Source: an uncultured Clostridia bacterium (GTDB lineage Bacteria; Bacillota; Clostridia; Oscillospirales; CAG-272). From it: a DNA stretch of 64,000 nucleotides. A program made the translations under genes and the position numbers. How positions within the stretch are numbered: position 1 is the first letter of the stretch; each line of letters begins with the position of its first letter. Positions 1-9,300 of this stretch are shown in pieces. The notes under the pieces are model-generated. The model worked only from the letters and a program-made list of their open reading frames with translations, ran no database searches and had not been told where the DNA came from. Where the stretch lies: positions 88,182-152,181 of the forward strand of contig CAMJPL010000001.1 of assembly GCA_946407735.1 (NCBI GenBank), in the 5' to 3' direction.

Positions 1-91
1 CATACAGAGTCCTTTATGTCAATTTTCCCCCCCATTTTTGTAAGAAAACTGTAATGTTTACGCCCGACGAAAAAATTTACATTCGATACGA

Positions 92-120
92 TTGTCATTT
101 CGGCGGCGCTGTGCTATAAT
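92..120 (+). promoter_or_regulatory. sigma-70-type promoter upstream of ald
   Basis: TTGTCA (92-97), 17-nt spacer, TATAAT (115-120), with TG immediately upstream of the -10 (extended -10). Confidence 0.5.
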
Positions 121-213
121 AATGATTCGGATACAAGTCATATCCGGCGGTGTCGTCCGCATGTGAAAATCGGCGTTGTTTTCACTTTTTACCGATATCG
201 AAACAAGAGCTCC

Positions 214-269
214 GGGTTCAAGAACCCGGGTTCAAGAACCCAGGTTCAAGAACCCAGGTTCAAGAACCC
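214..269. repeat. 4 tandem copies of a 14-bp self-complementary unit GGGTTCAAGAACCC/AGGTTCAAGAACCC
   Basis: Units at 214-227, 228-241, 242-255 and 256-269, plus a partial fifth GGGCTC at 270-275. The array lies between the predicted promoter and the ald start. Confidence 0.95.
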
Positions 270-304
270 GGGCTCATATCAATAACGAAAGGATCATCTG
301 TCAA

Positions 305-1420
305 ATGAAAATCGGCTGCGTCAAGGAGATCAAGAACAACGAGTACCGCGTCGGTCTGACGCCGGACAACGTCCGCGCCTATGTGGCGGCGGGACATCAC
401 GTCTATATGGAAAAGGGCGCCGGAGTCGGCTCGGGCTTCGCCGACACCGAGTATGTCGAGGCGGGAGCGTCCCTTATCGACAACGCCGCCGACGTATGGC
501 ATCTCGTCGATATGATGGTGAAGGTAAAGGAGCCTCTGGAGGAGGAATATCCGCTCTTCCACGACGGGCTGATCCTTTACACCTACCTGCATCTCGCCGC
601 CGACAGGCAGCAGATGGACGCCCTTCTCAGCGGAAAGGTCAAGGCCGTCGCCTACGAGACGATCCAGGAGACCGACCGCAGTCTGCCGTGTCTCGCCCCT
701 ATGTCGCAGATAGCCGGACGCCTTTCGATCCAGGAGGGCGCGAAGTATCTTGAGAAGCGCTTCGGCGGCGAGGGCATCCTGCTCGCCGGCGTGCCCGGCA
801 CTCCGAAGGCGAACGTAGTCATCCTCGGCGGCGGCACCGTCGGCATGAACGCCTGCAAGATCGCCGTCGGCATGGGCGCGAACGTGACGATCCTCGATAT
901 CAACCTGAAGCGCCTCGAGGAGCTCGACAACATGTTCGGCGCGCATATCCAGACCCTCGTATCGAACGACAGCAACGTCGAGCGCGTGGTAAAGGACGCC
1001 GATCTCGTCATCGGCTCGGTGCTGATCCCCGGCGGCTCGACCCCGAAGCTGTTCAAGGAGAAATATCTGCCCGAGATGAAGGAAGGAGCCGTGTTCGTCG
1101 ACGTCGCCATCGACCAGGGCGGCTGCGGCGAGAGCAGCCATGTGACGACTCACGACGATCCGGTATTTATAAAGGAAGGCGTCGTTCACTACTGCGTCGG
1201 CAATATGCCGGGCGCCGTGCCGCGCACCTCGACCATCGCGCTGACGAACGCGACACTGAGATACGGTCTGATGATCGCCGAAAGCGGTCTTGAGGACGCC
1301 TGCAGGAAGAGCGCCGTCATCGTCTCCGGCGTCAACTGCTACTGCGGGAAGCTGACGAACAAAAACGTCGCCGCCGCGCACGGATATGAATACACCGACC
1401 TGATGGGACTGATCGGGTAA
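305..1420 (+). CDS. ald: alanine dehydrogenase
   Basis: 371 aa from MKIGCVKEIKNNEYRVGLTP, the typical Ald N-terminus. NAD-binding motif VVILGGGTVGMNA is present. The ORF-track start at 176 runs through the tandem repeat and is unlikely to be real. Confidence 0.93.
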   Translation: MKIGCVKEIKNNEYRVGLTPDNVRAYVAAGHHVYMEKGAGVGSGFADTEYVEAGASLIDNAADVWHLVDMMVKVKEPLEEEYPLFHDGLILYTYLHLAADRQQMDALLSGKVKAVAYETIQETDRSLPCLAPMSQIAGRLSIQEGAKYLEKRFGGEGILLAGVPGTPKANVVILGGGTVGMNACKIAVGMGANVTILDINLKRLEELDNMFGAHIQTLVSNDSNVERVVKDADLVIGSVLIPGGSTPKLFKEKYLPEMKEGAVFVDVAIDQGGCGESSHVTTHDDPVFIKEGVVHYCVGNMPGAVPRTSTIALTNATLRYGLMIAESGLEDACRKSAVIVSGVNCYCGKLTNKNVAAAHGYEYTDLMGLIG

Positions 1421-1438
1421 ATATAAACAGATACAACT

Positions 1439-1472
1439 GCATCGGCGTTCCCCGGAGCGCCGATGCTCTTTT
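1439..1472 (+). terminator. rho-independent terminator after ald
   Basis: GCATCGGCG ... CGCCGATGC stem followed by TCTTTT. Confidence 0.7.
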
Positions 1473-1521
1473 ATGGCTGGAATTTTGTTTCCGAAAAGCA
1501 AACAATATTGGCTTAAAATGT

Positions 1522-1553
1522 AAAATGCCGCGTCATGCGCGGCATTTTCTGAT
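1522..1553 (+). terminator. second hairpin/terminator after ald
   Basis: AAAATGCCGCG-tcatg-CGCGGCATTTT perfect stem followed by a T-run. Confidence 0.6.
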
Positions 1554-1631
1554 TTTCAGACGGTTTATATATACAGGATCGCCTGATGATGATCCCGGCG
1601 AAATACGATGCGAAATATGAGGAGGCAAAAA

Positions 1632-3863
1632 ATGAGAAGAATGCTTGCGGCAGTCTCGGCGGCTCTCGCGGCTCTGATGCTCGCTCTTTCCGGCTGCGGC
1701 GCGGCGCCCGTAACCGATGAGGAAAACGGCGCTGCAGATGACGGCGGATCGGTCACGCTTGACGGAAGATACGAGATCACAGGGGAGGCGGAGCTTGACG
1801 GCTATAATCCGGATCACATTGAGCTTGTCGGGGACAGACTGCTCATATTAGGATCGCTGACGGAAACGCTGTACGGCGATGACGGCGCATATGTCGGAGC
1901 TAAATACGATTACCGCCTGTTTTCCGCCGACGCCGATACCATGGAGACGGATTCCGTTTCCTTCGCCTTCACGCCGGAAGGATACTGCGCCGCATGTGCC
2001 TTCGACGGCGAAGGGAATCTTCTGATGGTCGAAAGCGTATATAAGGACCGGAAAAACACCCTGACGCTCGATTTCATATCCGCCGATGGTCAGCTCGTAC
2101 GCTCGCGTTCCCTTGACGAGCTGATAACGACCGGATTCATCAGCCGCGTATGCTTTGAGTCGGGGATGTGGTACGTTTCGAGCGGAGGGAATGTCGTCGC
2201 TCTCGACAAAGCCGGGGAAGTTACCGGGAAATACGACGCCGGCGGCGATATAACGGATATGTTTTCCGCCGGAGGAAAAATCCACGCGTGCACTGCCGAC
2301 GATCATTATATCCTCGGGCCATCCGGCCTGACAGAGTCGCCGGAATGGAAAAAAGCCGGTGCGGAATCCGGCGGAAGAGGGATACTTACGGGCGGAGAGT
2401 ATGACTATCTTAAGGCGGAGAAGGAATACATCTGCGGATACACTCTCGCCGGAGAAAGGACGCCGCTTCTCAACTGGCTGAATTCCGACATATCGTATTC
2501 AGATACGGGAGACTTTGTGTACGGCTCGGACGATGTCGTATATCTGATTCTGTTCGGCAGCTTTGATGGCCCCGGGACCCGCGTCGTGCGCATGGAGCGC
2601 AAAGAGGGCTATACGATCCCGGCGTCAGACGTCATAACTCTTTATTACGGCGAGAGCGGCTCAATGATCGTGCCGATCGCGGCGGCGGGGTTCAACGCAT
2701 CGCAGAGCGAATACCGCGTCGTCTGTCATGAGCTGTCCGAAGGGGAGGACGCTTCGGCGGCTGACGGCCTGAATCTGAGACTTGTCAGCGGCGAAGCGGG
2801 AGATATAATCGAGATCGCGCCGGACGCGGATATAAAGAGCTATATCGATAAAGGAGTTTTCCTCGATCTCTATGATCTCGGGATAAAAAAGGACGGGCTT
2901 TTCTCATGCGTGACGGAGCTGTGCGAGACGGACGGCAGTCTGTACGCCATGCCGGTCAGCTTCACTTTTCAGTCTCTCGTCGGGAGCGTCGATTTCCATC
3001 CCGGCGGCAGCGGCTGGACGGTGGACGAGTTTATAACTGAATATAAAGCGGCAGCAGGCGAAGGGGGATATCTCACGTCAAACGACGGGAGAGCGGCTGT
3101 GCTCGGGTATATCCGTACCGGTCTTATGCTGAGTTACATAGACTTTGAGAAAAACGTCTGCTCATTCGATGATCCGTCTTTCATTGAGGCGGCCGAGTGG
3201 CTCAAGAGTCTTCCGGAAAGCAGGACGATATCGGGCGGTATGGTGAGATCGGCGCAGGATTTTATTGACGGAAAGGTGAAACTGGAGAACAAGCATTTCA
3301 CGATGCCGCAGGACTGTCTTACCGCTTCTTCGCTGTTCGGGGAATTCGGCAGCGGCGGTTTCGTCGGCTATCCGACGCCGGACGGCGGCAGGGCGCAGAT
3401 GATATGCGAGCGATATTACGGCATAAGCAGCTCCTGCAATAATCCGGAGGCGGCATTGACATTCCTGAGATACATGCTCGGCGGCGATGCGCTCAGCCCG
3501 TATTATTCCATGGGCAGCTTCGGCTTCCCGTCGCTCAAAGCCATGCTCACAGCCGTGACGGACAGGCTCAGAGGCTACGAATACCAGATCGATCCGGCCA
3601 ATCTGCCGTCTATGACGGGATCGAGCGCCGGGATCCCCGAGAGCCAGAAGCGGGACGGCATGATCTATATAAAGATAGACGACGATACCACAGATTATGT
3701 CGTAGGTTTCATCGAAAAGATAAGGCCTCTGAACCGGCTCGACAGTCAGCTTACGGATATATTCGATGAGGAGCTGTCGACGCTGTTCGGCGGCAGAAGC
3801 GCCGCCGACACGGCGAAAAACCTGCAGTCAAGGATATCCCTCTGGCTTGCCGAGAGGGAGTGA
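1632..3863 (+). CDS. lipoprotein: N-terminal uncharacterized domain fused to an extracellular solute-binding-protein-like C-terminal half
   Basis: AGGAGG at 1619-1624 precedes the ATG at 1632. Signal peptide with lipobox (LALSGC). The C-terminal ~420 aa resemble family-1 ABC substrate-binding proteins. The ORF-track start is 1608. Confidence 0.75.
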   Translation: MRRMLAAVSAALAALMLALSGCGAAPVTDEENGAADDGGSVTLDGRYEITGEAELDGYNPDHIELVGDRLLILGSLTETLYGDDGAYVGAKYDYRLFSADADTMETDSVSFAFTPEGYCAACAFDGEGNLLMVESVYKDRKNTLTLDFISADGQLVRSRSLDELITTGFISRVCFESGMWYVSSGGNVVALDKAGEVTGKYDAGGDITDMFSAGGKIHACTADDHYILGPSGLTESPEWKKAGAESGGRGILTGGEYDYLKAEKEYICGYTLAGERTPLLNWLNSDISYSDTGDFVYGSDDVVYLILFGSFDGPGTRVVRMERKEGYTIPASDVITLYYGESGSMIVPIAAAGFNASQSEYRVVCHELSEGEDASAADGLNLRLVSGEAGDIIEIAPDADIKSYIDKGVFLDLYDLGIKKDGLFSCVTELCETDGSLYAMPVSFTFQSLVGSVDFHPGGSGWTVDEFITEYKAAAGEGGYLTSNDGRAAVLGYIRTGLMLSYIDFEKNVCSFDDPSFIEAAEWLKSLPESRTISGGMVRSAQDFIDGKVKLENKHFTMPQDCLTASSLFGEFGSGGFVGYPTPDGGRAQMICERYYGISSSCNNPEAALTFLRYMLGGDALSPYYSMGSFGFPSLKAMLTAVTDRLRGYEYQIDPANLPSMTGSSAGIPESQKRDGMIYIKIDDDTTDYVVGFIEKIRPLNRLDSQLTDIFDEELSTLFGGRSAADTAKNLQSRISLWLAERE

Positions 3864-3868
3864 GCTTG

Positions 3869-4342
3869 TCATTTCACCGCCGTCAGCGGGCATATCTTCG
3901 CCTCGGTGATCTTCGCGAGATCGTCCGGCGAGAGGATTATCTGCTCGCCGCGCATCCCGGCGGAGACGGCGATCTCGTCCCACAGCACGCAGGTCTCGTC
4001 GATGAAGGTCGGGAACTTCTTCTTCATTCCGATCGGCGAGCAGCCGCCGCGCATATAGCCGGTCACCTTTATGAGATCCTTCATCGGTATCATCTCGACC
4101 CGCTTCGCCCCGCTCTCGCGGGCGACGAGCTTGAGATCGAGCTCCTCGGCGACCGGGATCACGCAGACTATATGCCCGGCGTCGCCCTCGAGGACGAGCG
4201 TCTTGAATACCTGATCCGCCGGCATATCCATCTCGGCGGCTGCGTGGACGCCGGAAAGATCGCTCTCGTCCACCATGTATTCCGCCGTGCGGAAGGGCAC
4301 AGACGCCGCCTCGAGGATCCTCATCACGTTTGTTTTCGTCAT
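3869..4342 (-). CDS. ybaK: Cys-tRNA(Pro)/Cys-tRNA(Cys) deacylase YbaK
   Basis: MTKTNVMRILEAA...YMRGGCSPIGMKK is the YbaK/EbsC pattern. An alternative upstream ATG lies at 4354. Confidence 0.85.
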   Translation of the reverse strand: MTKTNVMRILEAASVPFRTAEYMVDESDLSGVHAAAEMDMPADQVFKTLVLEGDAGHIVCVIPVAEELDLKLVARESGAKRVEMIPMKDLIKVTGYMRGGCSPIGMKKKFPTFIDETCVLWDEIAVSAGMRGEQIILSPDDLAKITEAKICPLTAVK

Positions 4343-4457
4343 TTCTTTCACCATCAGTCGATTCTATAATCGGTTATATTTCGGATATATTTTATCATAC
4401 GCGCGGCGTTATTATGTTTAATATTTGTGTTGATTCGGTGAATTATGCGGCGGGAGC

Positions 4458-4486
4458 TTGATATCGGCGATGAAAAGGGGTATAAT
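4458..4486 (+). promoter_or_regulatory. sigma-70-type promoter of the GH3 gene
   Basis: TTGATA (4458-4463), 17 nt, TATAAT (4481-4486). Confidence 0.5.
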
Positions 4487-4530
4487 AGTATCAAAGACGC
4501 TCTCACGGAAAGATATTCATCAGATCATCC

Positions 4531-5979
4531 ATGAACAAGACCATCATATCCTTCATCGCGCTCATCGCGCTGATACTGTCATCATGCGACGCGTACGTCT
4601 CGGAGCTCACGTCGGCTCAGATACCGGCGATAACCGGCTATTCCGCCGATCCGGCCGCCGCGCCGGAAACGGCGTCCGCCGGAGCTTCGGCTGAAGCTTC
4701 GTCCGAGGAAACCGCGTCGGCTGAGGCCGAAGCTGAGACACTGCCGGAGACCGAGCCGGAACCTCAGATCCCGGAGCTTACCGGCACGGTGAACTGGATC
4801 GGGCCCGACAGCTTCGAGATCCGCCTCTCAGACGGCACGATCGTTTCGGTCCCGCTGTCGGCAGAGATCGATTCGCCCGAATACGGCGTGATGTACGGCG
4901 CCGAAGCGTCGGTCTCCTTAGGCGACGGCGGCACTGCCGCGTCGGCGCGCGTCGGCGGGCTCGATATCGCCGACAGGGCGTGGGAGATAATGAAGGGTAT
5001 GTCGGACGAGGAGCGCGTCGGACAGCTCATCATGGCCGGCTGCTCCGACAGGGCGACGGCGCTGTCGGCGGTCGAAAGCTGCCGTCTCGGCGGGCTCGTG
5101 CTGTTCTCGCGCGATTTCAAAAACGACACGAAGGCTTCGGCGGCCGCCGCGATACAGGCGTATCAGGACAGGGCGAAGATACCGCTCATCATATCGGCCG
5201 ACGAGGAGGGCGGCACCGTCTGCCGCGTCAGCTATTATTCCCAGTACCGCTCGACGAACTTCCTTTCTCCCCGCGCGATGTACGCGAGAGCGGGGATGGA
5301 CGGGATAAGAACCGAGGCCGCCGAAAAGGCGAAGCTCCTGCTCTCCCTCGGTGTGAACATGAACCTTGCTCCCGTCGCCGACATATCGACCGATCCCGCC
5401 GATTTCATCTATGACCGCTCTCTCGGCCAGAGCCCGGAGATCACGGCGGAATTCATAAAGACGGTCGTTGAGACGAACAGAAGCGAAGGTCTCGCCTCCT
5501 GCCTAAAGCATTTTCCCGGCTACGGCTCGGCGTCGGACACCCACACCGGCATAGCCTACGACGGCAGGGAGATGTCTGAGTTCGTAAACAAGGATTTCGT
5601 TCCGTTCAAAGCCGGGATCGACTCGGGCGTCGGGGCGGTCATGGTCGCGCATATCATATGCTCCGGCATAGATGCCGATATCCCGGCCAGCCTTTCGGAG
5701 AAGACGCACAAGCTGCTCAGGCAGGAGCTGTCCTTCACCGGAGTGTGCGTCACCGACGATCTCGCCATGGGGGCGATAACGCAGTACACCGGCGGGTACA
5801 ACGCCGCCGTGTCGGCGCTCCTCTGCGGCAACGACATACTCGCGGTCAGCGGCGACTACATGACGCCGTACACCGCACTTTTAGAGTCGCTTAAAAGCGG
5901 CGTGATTCCGCGCCATATGATAGACGGCGCCTGCATGAGGGTGCTGATGTACAAGCTGGACAACGGCATTATCGGCTGA
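4531..5979 (+). CDS. glycoside hydrolase family 3 (beta-N-acetylhexosaminidase/NagZ-like) lipoprotein
   Basis: Lipobox ILSSCD, an Ala/Glu/Pro/Thr-rich linker, and GH3 N-terminal-domain motifs (LKHFPGYG, VMVAH, TDDLAMGA). Confidence 0.85.
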   Translation: MNKTIISFIALIALILSSCDAYVSELTSAQIPAITGYSADPAAAPETASAGASAEASSEETASAEAEAETLPETEPEPQIPELTGTVNWIGPDSFEIRLSDGTIVSVPLSAEIDSPEYGVMYGAEASVSLGDGGTAASARVGGLDIADRAWEIMKGMSDEERVGQLIMAGCSDRATALSAVESCRLGGLVLFSRDFKNDTKASAAAAIQAYQDRAKIPLIISADEEGGTVCRVSYYSQYRSTNFLSPRAMYARAGMDGIRTEAAEKAKLLLSLGVNMNLAPVADISTDPADFIYDRSLGQSPEITAEFIKTVVETNRSEGLASCLKHFPGYGSASDTHTGIAYDGREMSEFVNKDFVPFKAGIDSGVGAVMVAHIICSGIDADIPASLSEKTHKLLRQELSFTGVCVTDDLAMGAITQYTGGYNAAVSALLCGNDILAVSGDYMTPYTALLESLKSGVIPRHMIDGACMRVLMYKLDNGIIG

Positions 5980-6186
5980 CAGAGTCAGCGGATGACAAAG
6001 TAGTCAGCGGCTGAGAGGCTGATAAATCAGCGCCTGATCGGCCGGAATGTGTCCCGCAGGAGTATGCTCCCGCAGAACCGCCATACATTTTTTAATCTGC
6101 CGCCGTGTTTATATGCCTGATATAAGGGAAAACCGGCGACAAAATTTTATTTCTAAATTTTTAACAGGGAAAAGCCCGCTCAGATG

Positions 6187-6215
6187 TTGATTTTTCCCGC
6201 CGAATGAGGTATAAT
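6187..6215 (+). promoter_or_regulatory. sigma-70-type promoter of the SLH-protein gene
   Basis: TTGATT (6187-6192), 17 nt, TATAAT (6210-6215). Implies a ~150-nt 5' UTR. Confidence 0.5.
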
Positions 6216-6374
6216 ATTCGGACCTGTAATGGGTTTATCCGAAAAATCAGACTTTTTGATTTTTCTTAAGGAACATTGCGGGCATCTCCGGCGTCTCAGT
6301 CGGGACAGGGGATCTTCATCTTAAATCTATGCGAAAAAACAAGTCAAATATCCAATCCATCGGAGGCAAAAATT

Positions 6375-9300
6375 ATGACAGGTCGTAAATCCGCAATCCG
6401 GAAGCTGTCGGCGCTGCTCGCGGCGCTGATGGTGCTCGGAACGCTGACAGCTCTGCCCGTTTTCGCTGACAGCTTCAGCGACATATCCAGCCATTGGGCT
6501 AAGGCAAACGTCGAATACATGGTGGATAAGGAGATCATATCCGGCTATCCGGACGGCACCTTCCGCCCCGACAATACCGTGACCCGCGCCGAGTTCATCA
6601 AGATGCTCGACGCCACCTTCGGCCTCACGGAGACGGCCGCCATCAGCTTCAGCGACGTATCAAACTCGCAGTGGTATTATCCTTATATCCAGCAGGCCGC
6701 CGCTCAGGGATATCTCCTGAACTACGGCTCGACGCTGAACCCGAACGGCGAGCTCACCCGTGAGGAAGCCGCCGCTCTCCTCGCACGCTATCTCAACCTC
6801 GCCGAGAAGGACCGCGCTTCCGTCTCCTTCACCGACGCGGCTTCGATCAACCAGAACTACCGCGGCTATGTCTACGCCTGCGTCGACGCCGGTATAATCA
6901 AGGGATATGACACCGGCGACTTCAAGCCGCAGCGCACCCTCACCCGCGCCGAGGCCATGGCTATCCTCTACCGTTCGGCCGGCTCCATCTACCGCGGCTC
7001 CGCCGTCGGCGCCGAAAACGGCGCTCAGGCCGGCAACGCCACCATCACGAAGGGCGGCTCGAACATCTCCAACGCCTCCTTCTCCGGCTCGGTCTACATC
7101 ACCGAGGGCGCCGGCTCGTCTACCGTTACCCTTTCCAACTGCAATATCCGCGGCACTCTTTATCTCCGCGGCAATTCCAGAGTCCAGCTCGCCGGATCGA
7201 CCGTCAACAACGTCGTCGTTATCGGCAAGTCCTCCGCCACCGTCGGCGTCAACCTTGACGAGACCAGCACGGTGACGACTCTCGACGCCCAGTCGCCGGT
7301 ATCTGTCTATCTGCAGAGCGGCTCGACCGTCAGCACGATGAACGTCGGCGAGCATGCCGAGAGCAGCTCGGTCTCCGGCGCCGGCACCGTCGGCCAGCTC
7401 AACATCAACGGCGCCAAGTTCAAGTCCGACGTCACGCCGAGGAACTACACCATCGGTGACCGTCTCACCGCCGAGATCGGCGGCCAGAGCGTCGGCGGCA
7501 GCGGCACCAGCAGGACCGGTGTGAAGTCCGGCACCACTCCCGTGCTCGAGACCTCCGGCAGCCGCGATACCCTCACCCTGACCCCGAATGAGACCTCCGT
7601 TCTCTTCTGGTATTACACCAACTCCACCGCCGCTCCGTCGAGCAAGGAGTTCGCCGACATTTACAGACGCCAGAGCTCCAACGTGAAGGGCTTCCAGAGC
7701 CTCGATCAGGTCCAGTCCTACACCCTGCAGCTCGTTCAGTCGAGCATCGCCGCGCAGTACAACAACGTGGTCATCTGCCTGCTCGCCAATCAGGAATACT
7801 TCGATCCGATCATCCTTTCCCGCACCGGAGCGAACAACACCGGCAACAGCGCCGCCGGCTTCAAGAACAACCCGACGGTAAAGACCAACTCGCTCACCAA
7901 CCTCGATACCCTCTCCTTTATGCCTGAGGTATCGGGAACGATGTACTACTACTACACCACCTCCCCGACGGCGGTCACAGCTCAGCAGTTCAGGCTGAAC
8001 TACGACGCCTCCGCTCAGGGACTCAGGGGCAATAAGACCGTCATCGCCGGCAACAGCTACGCCGAGACGACTTCCTTCAACCCCGTGTCTTCCGGCTCGA
8101 ACTACAACTACGTCGCCGTGATGCTCACCTCCGGCGCCTCCGACTATCAGCCGATCGTCGTCACCCGCAACGCGGCTGACGGCGGCAACCTGCAGGCCTC
8201 CGGCCTTGCCGACGCTCCGGTATGGTCGTCCTACAACGGCAACGAGTCGCTGAGGATCAACGCCAGCGCCGCCGGTACCCTCAAGTATTACTACACCAAC
8301 TCGTCTCAGGCTCCGAACGCCAGCACCTTCAATGCCTACTACGGCATGGCCGGGACCTACTACAACGCCATCCGCGTTTCCCAGGGCGCTCAGAACACAT
8401 ATCTCACCACCTCGACGACCGGCACGAACGGCACCACCACCCAGACCAACATCAAGACCAATACCGTCAACGCTTCCGGCCTCGGCTACATCGTAATCAT
8501 GCTGACCGACGGCGTCGGCAACAACTACGCTCCCTATGTGGTGGCCCGTCAGGACAACAGCACGACCGGCGGCGGCTTCTCTACGAAGCCCTCCGTCAGC
8601 ATCGGCTCGCAGAACGACACCATCAGCTTCACCCCGTCGATGACCGGCTACGTCTTCTGGTATTACACCACCTCGTCCGGATCCATCCCGGCCGGCAGCT
8701 TCATGTCCAACTGGAACAATGCCCCGACCAGCGCCCGCGGCCAGTCCGGCCAGGTGCAGTCCGGCGTCGCTCAGTCCATCATGGGCGGCATCGCCGACTT
8801 CGCGAAGAACTACAGCTACATAGTCGTATCTCTTCAGGACACCACCGGAGCCTTCCAGGAGCCCGTCACCATCGCCCGCACTCAGGCCAACACCTCCAGC
8901 TACGGCTTCCGCGTCAACCCGACCGTCGCCATCAACGTCAACGGCAACGACACCATCTCGCTGACGCCTCAGTACAACGGAACGGTTTACTACTACTATT
9001 CCAACTCGGCTTCCTCGATATCCGGCTACAGCACCTTTGAGTCCAACTGGAACACCTCTTCGATAAAGAGCAGCTTTGCCGTAAACGGCGGAAGCGCTGC
9101 CACCGTGAACACCATCGCGAGCGCCAGCGTCCCGACCAATCTGCAGTATGTCGTGATCATGCTCCGCGACAGCAACGGCACCTACTACTCGCCGATCACC
9201 GTCAGACGCGGCGCGACCAACGCCAACGTCACCGGCACCGGCCTCACCGCCGCCAGCCTGACCTCCGGCACCACGACCGACCTTATCAGCGTCACCGCCT

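Noticed and set aside
214-269. Whether the tandem repeat could be a mini CRISPR array.
   Set aside because: The units are contiguous with no spacers, only 14 bp long, and no cas genes are present. It is a tandem dyad repeat, not CRISPR.
176-304. N-terminal extension of the ald ORF through the tandem repeat (…PGSRTRVQEPRFKNPGSRTRAH…).
   Set aside because: The conserved Ald N-terminus begins at the ATG at 305. The extension starts at a non-ATG codon and merely translates the 14-bp repeat array.
260-1501. 413-aa ORF antisense to ald. Similar long antisense or shadow ORFs lie at 10731-11804, 13407-14468, 20550-21959, 22921-24081, 28688-29734 and 30703-31638.
   Set aside because: They lie exactly opposite or out of frame to genes with clear homologous motifs. 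They are Arg/Asp/His/Gly/Leu-rich low-complexity translations typical of stop-codon-poor frames in GC-rich coding DNA. They have no RBS or motif support.
5984-6037. Cluster of TCAGCGG(A/C)TGA / GGCTGA motifs after the GH3 gene (5984-5996, 6001-6013, 6027-6037).
   Set aside because: These are short overlapping GCTGA/TCAGC inverted repeats that can form a few weak hairpins just downstream of the stop. They are most simply a sloppy terminator region. I saw no second locus with the motif, so I did not promote it to a finding.
8222-9040. 272-aa alternative-frame ORF inside the SLH-protein gene. Also 6660-7355 (minus strand) and 6907-7275.
   Set aside because: They are embedded in the repeat-rich coding region of a gene with clear domain structure. 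Their composition (R/H/Q/P runs) is a frame-shifted reading of the Thr/Ser/Asn/Tyr-rich repeats.
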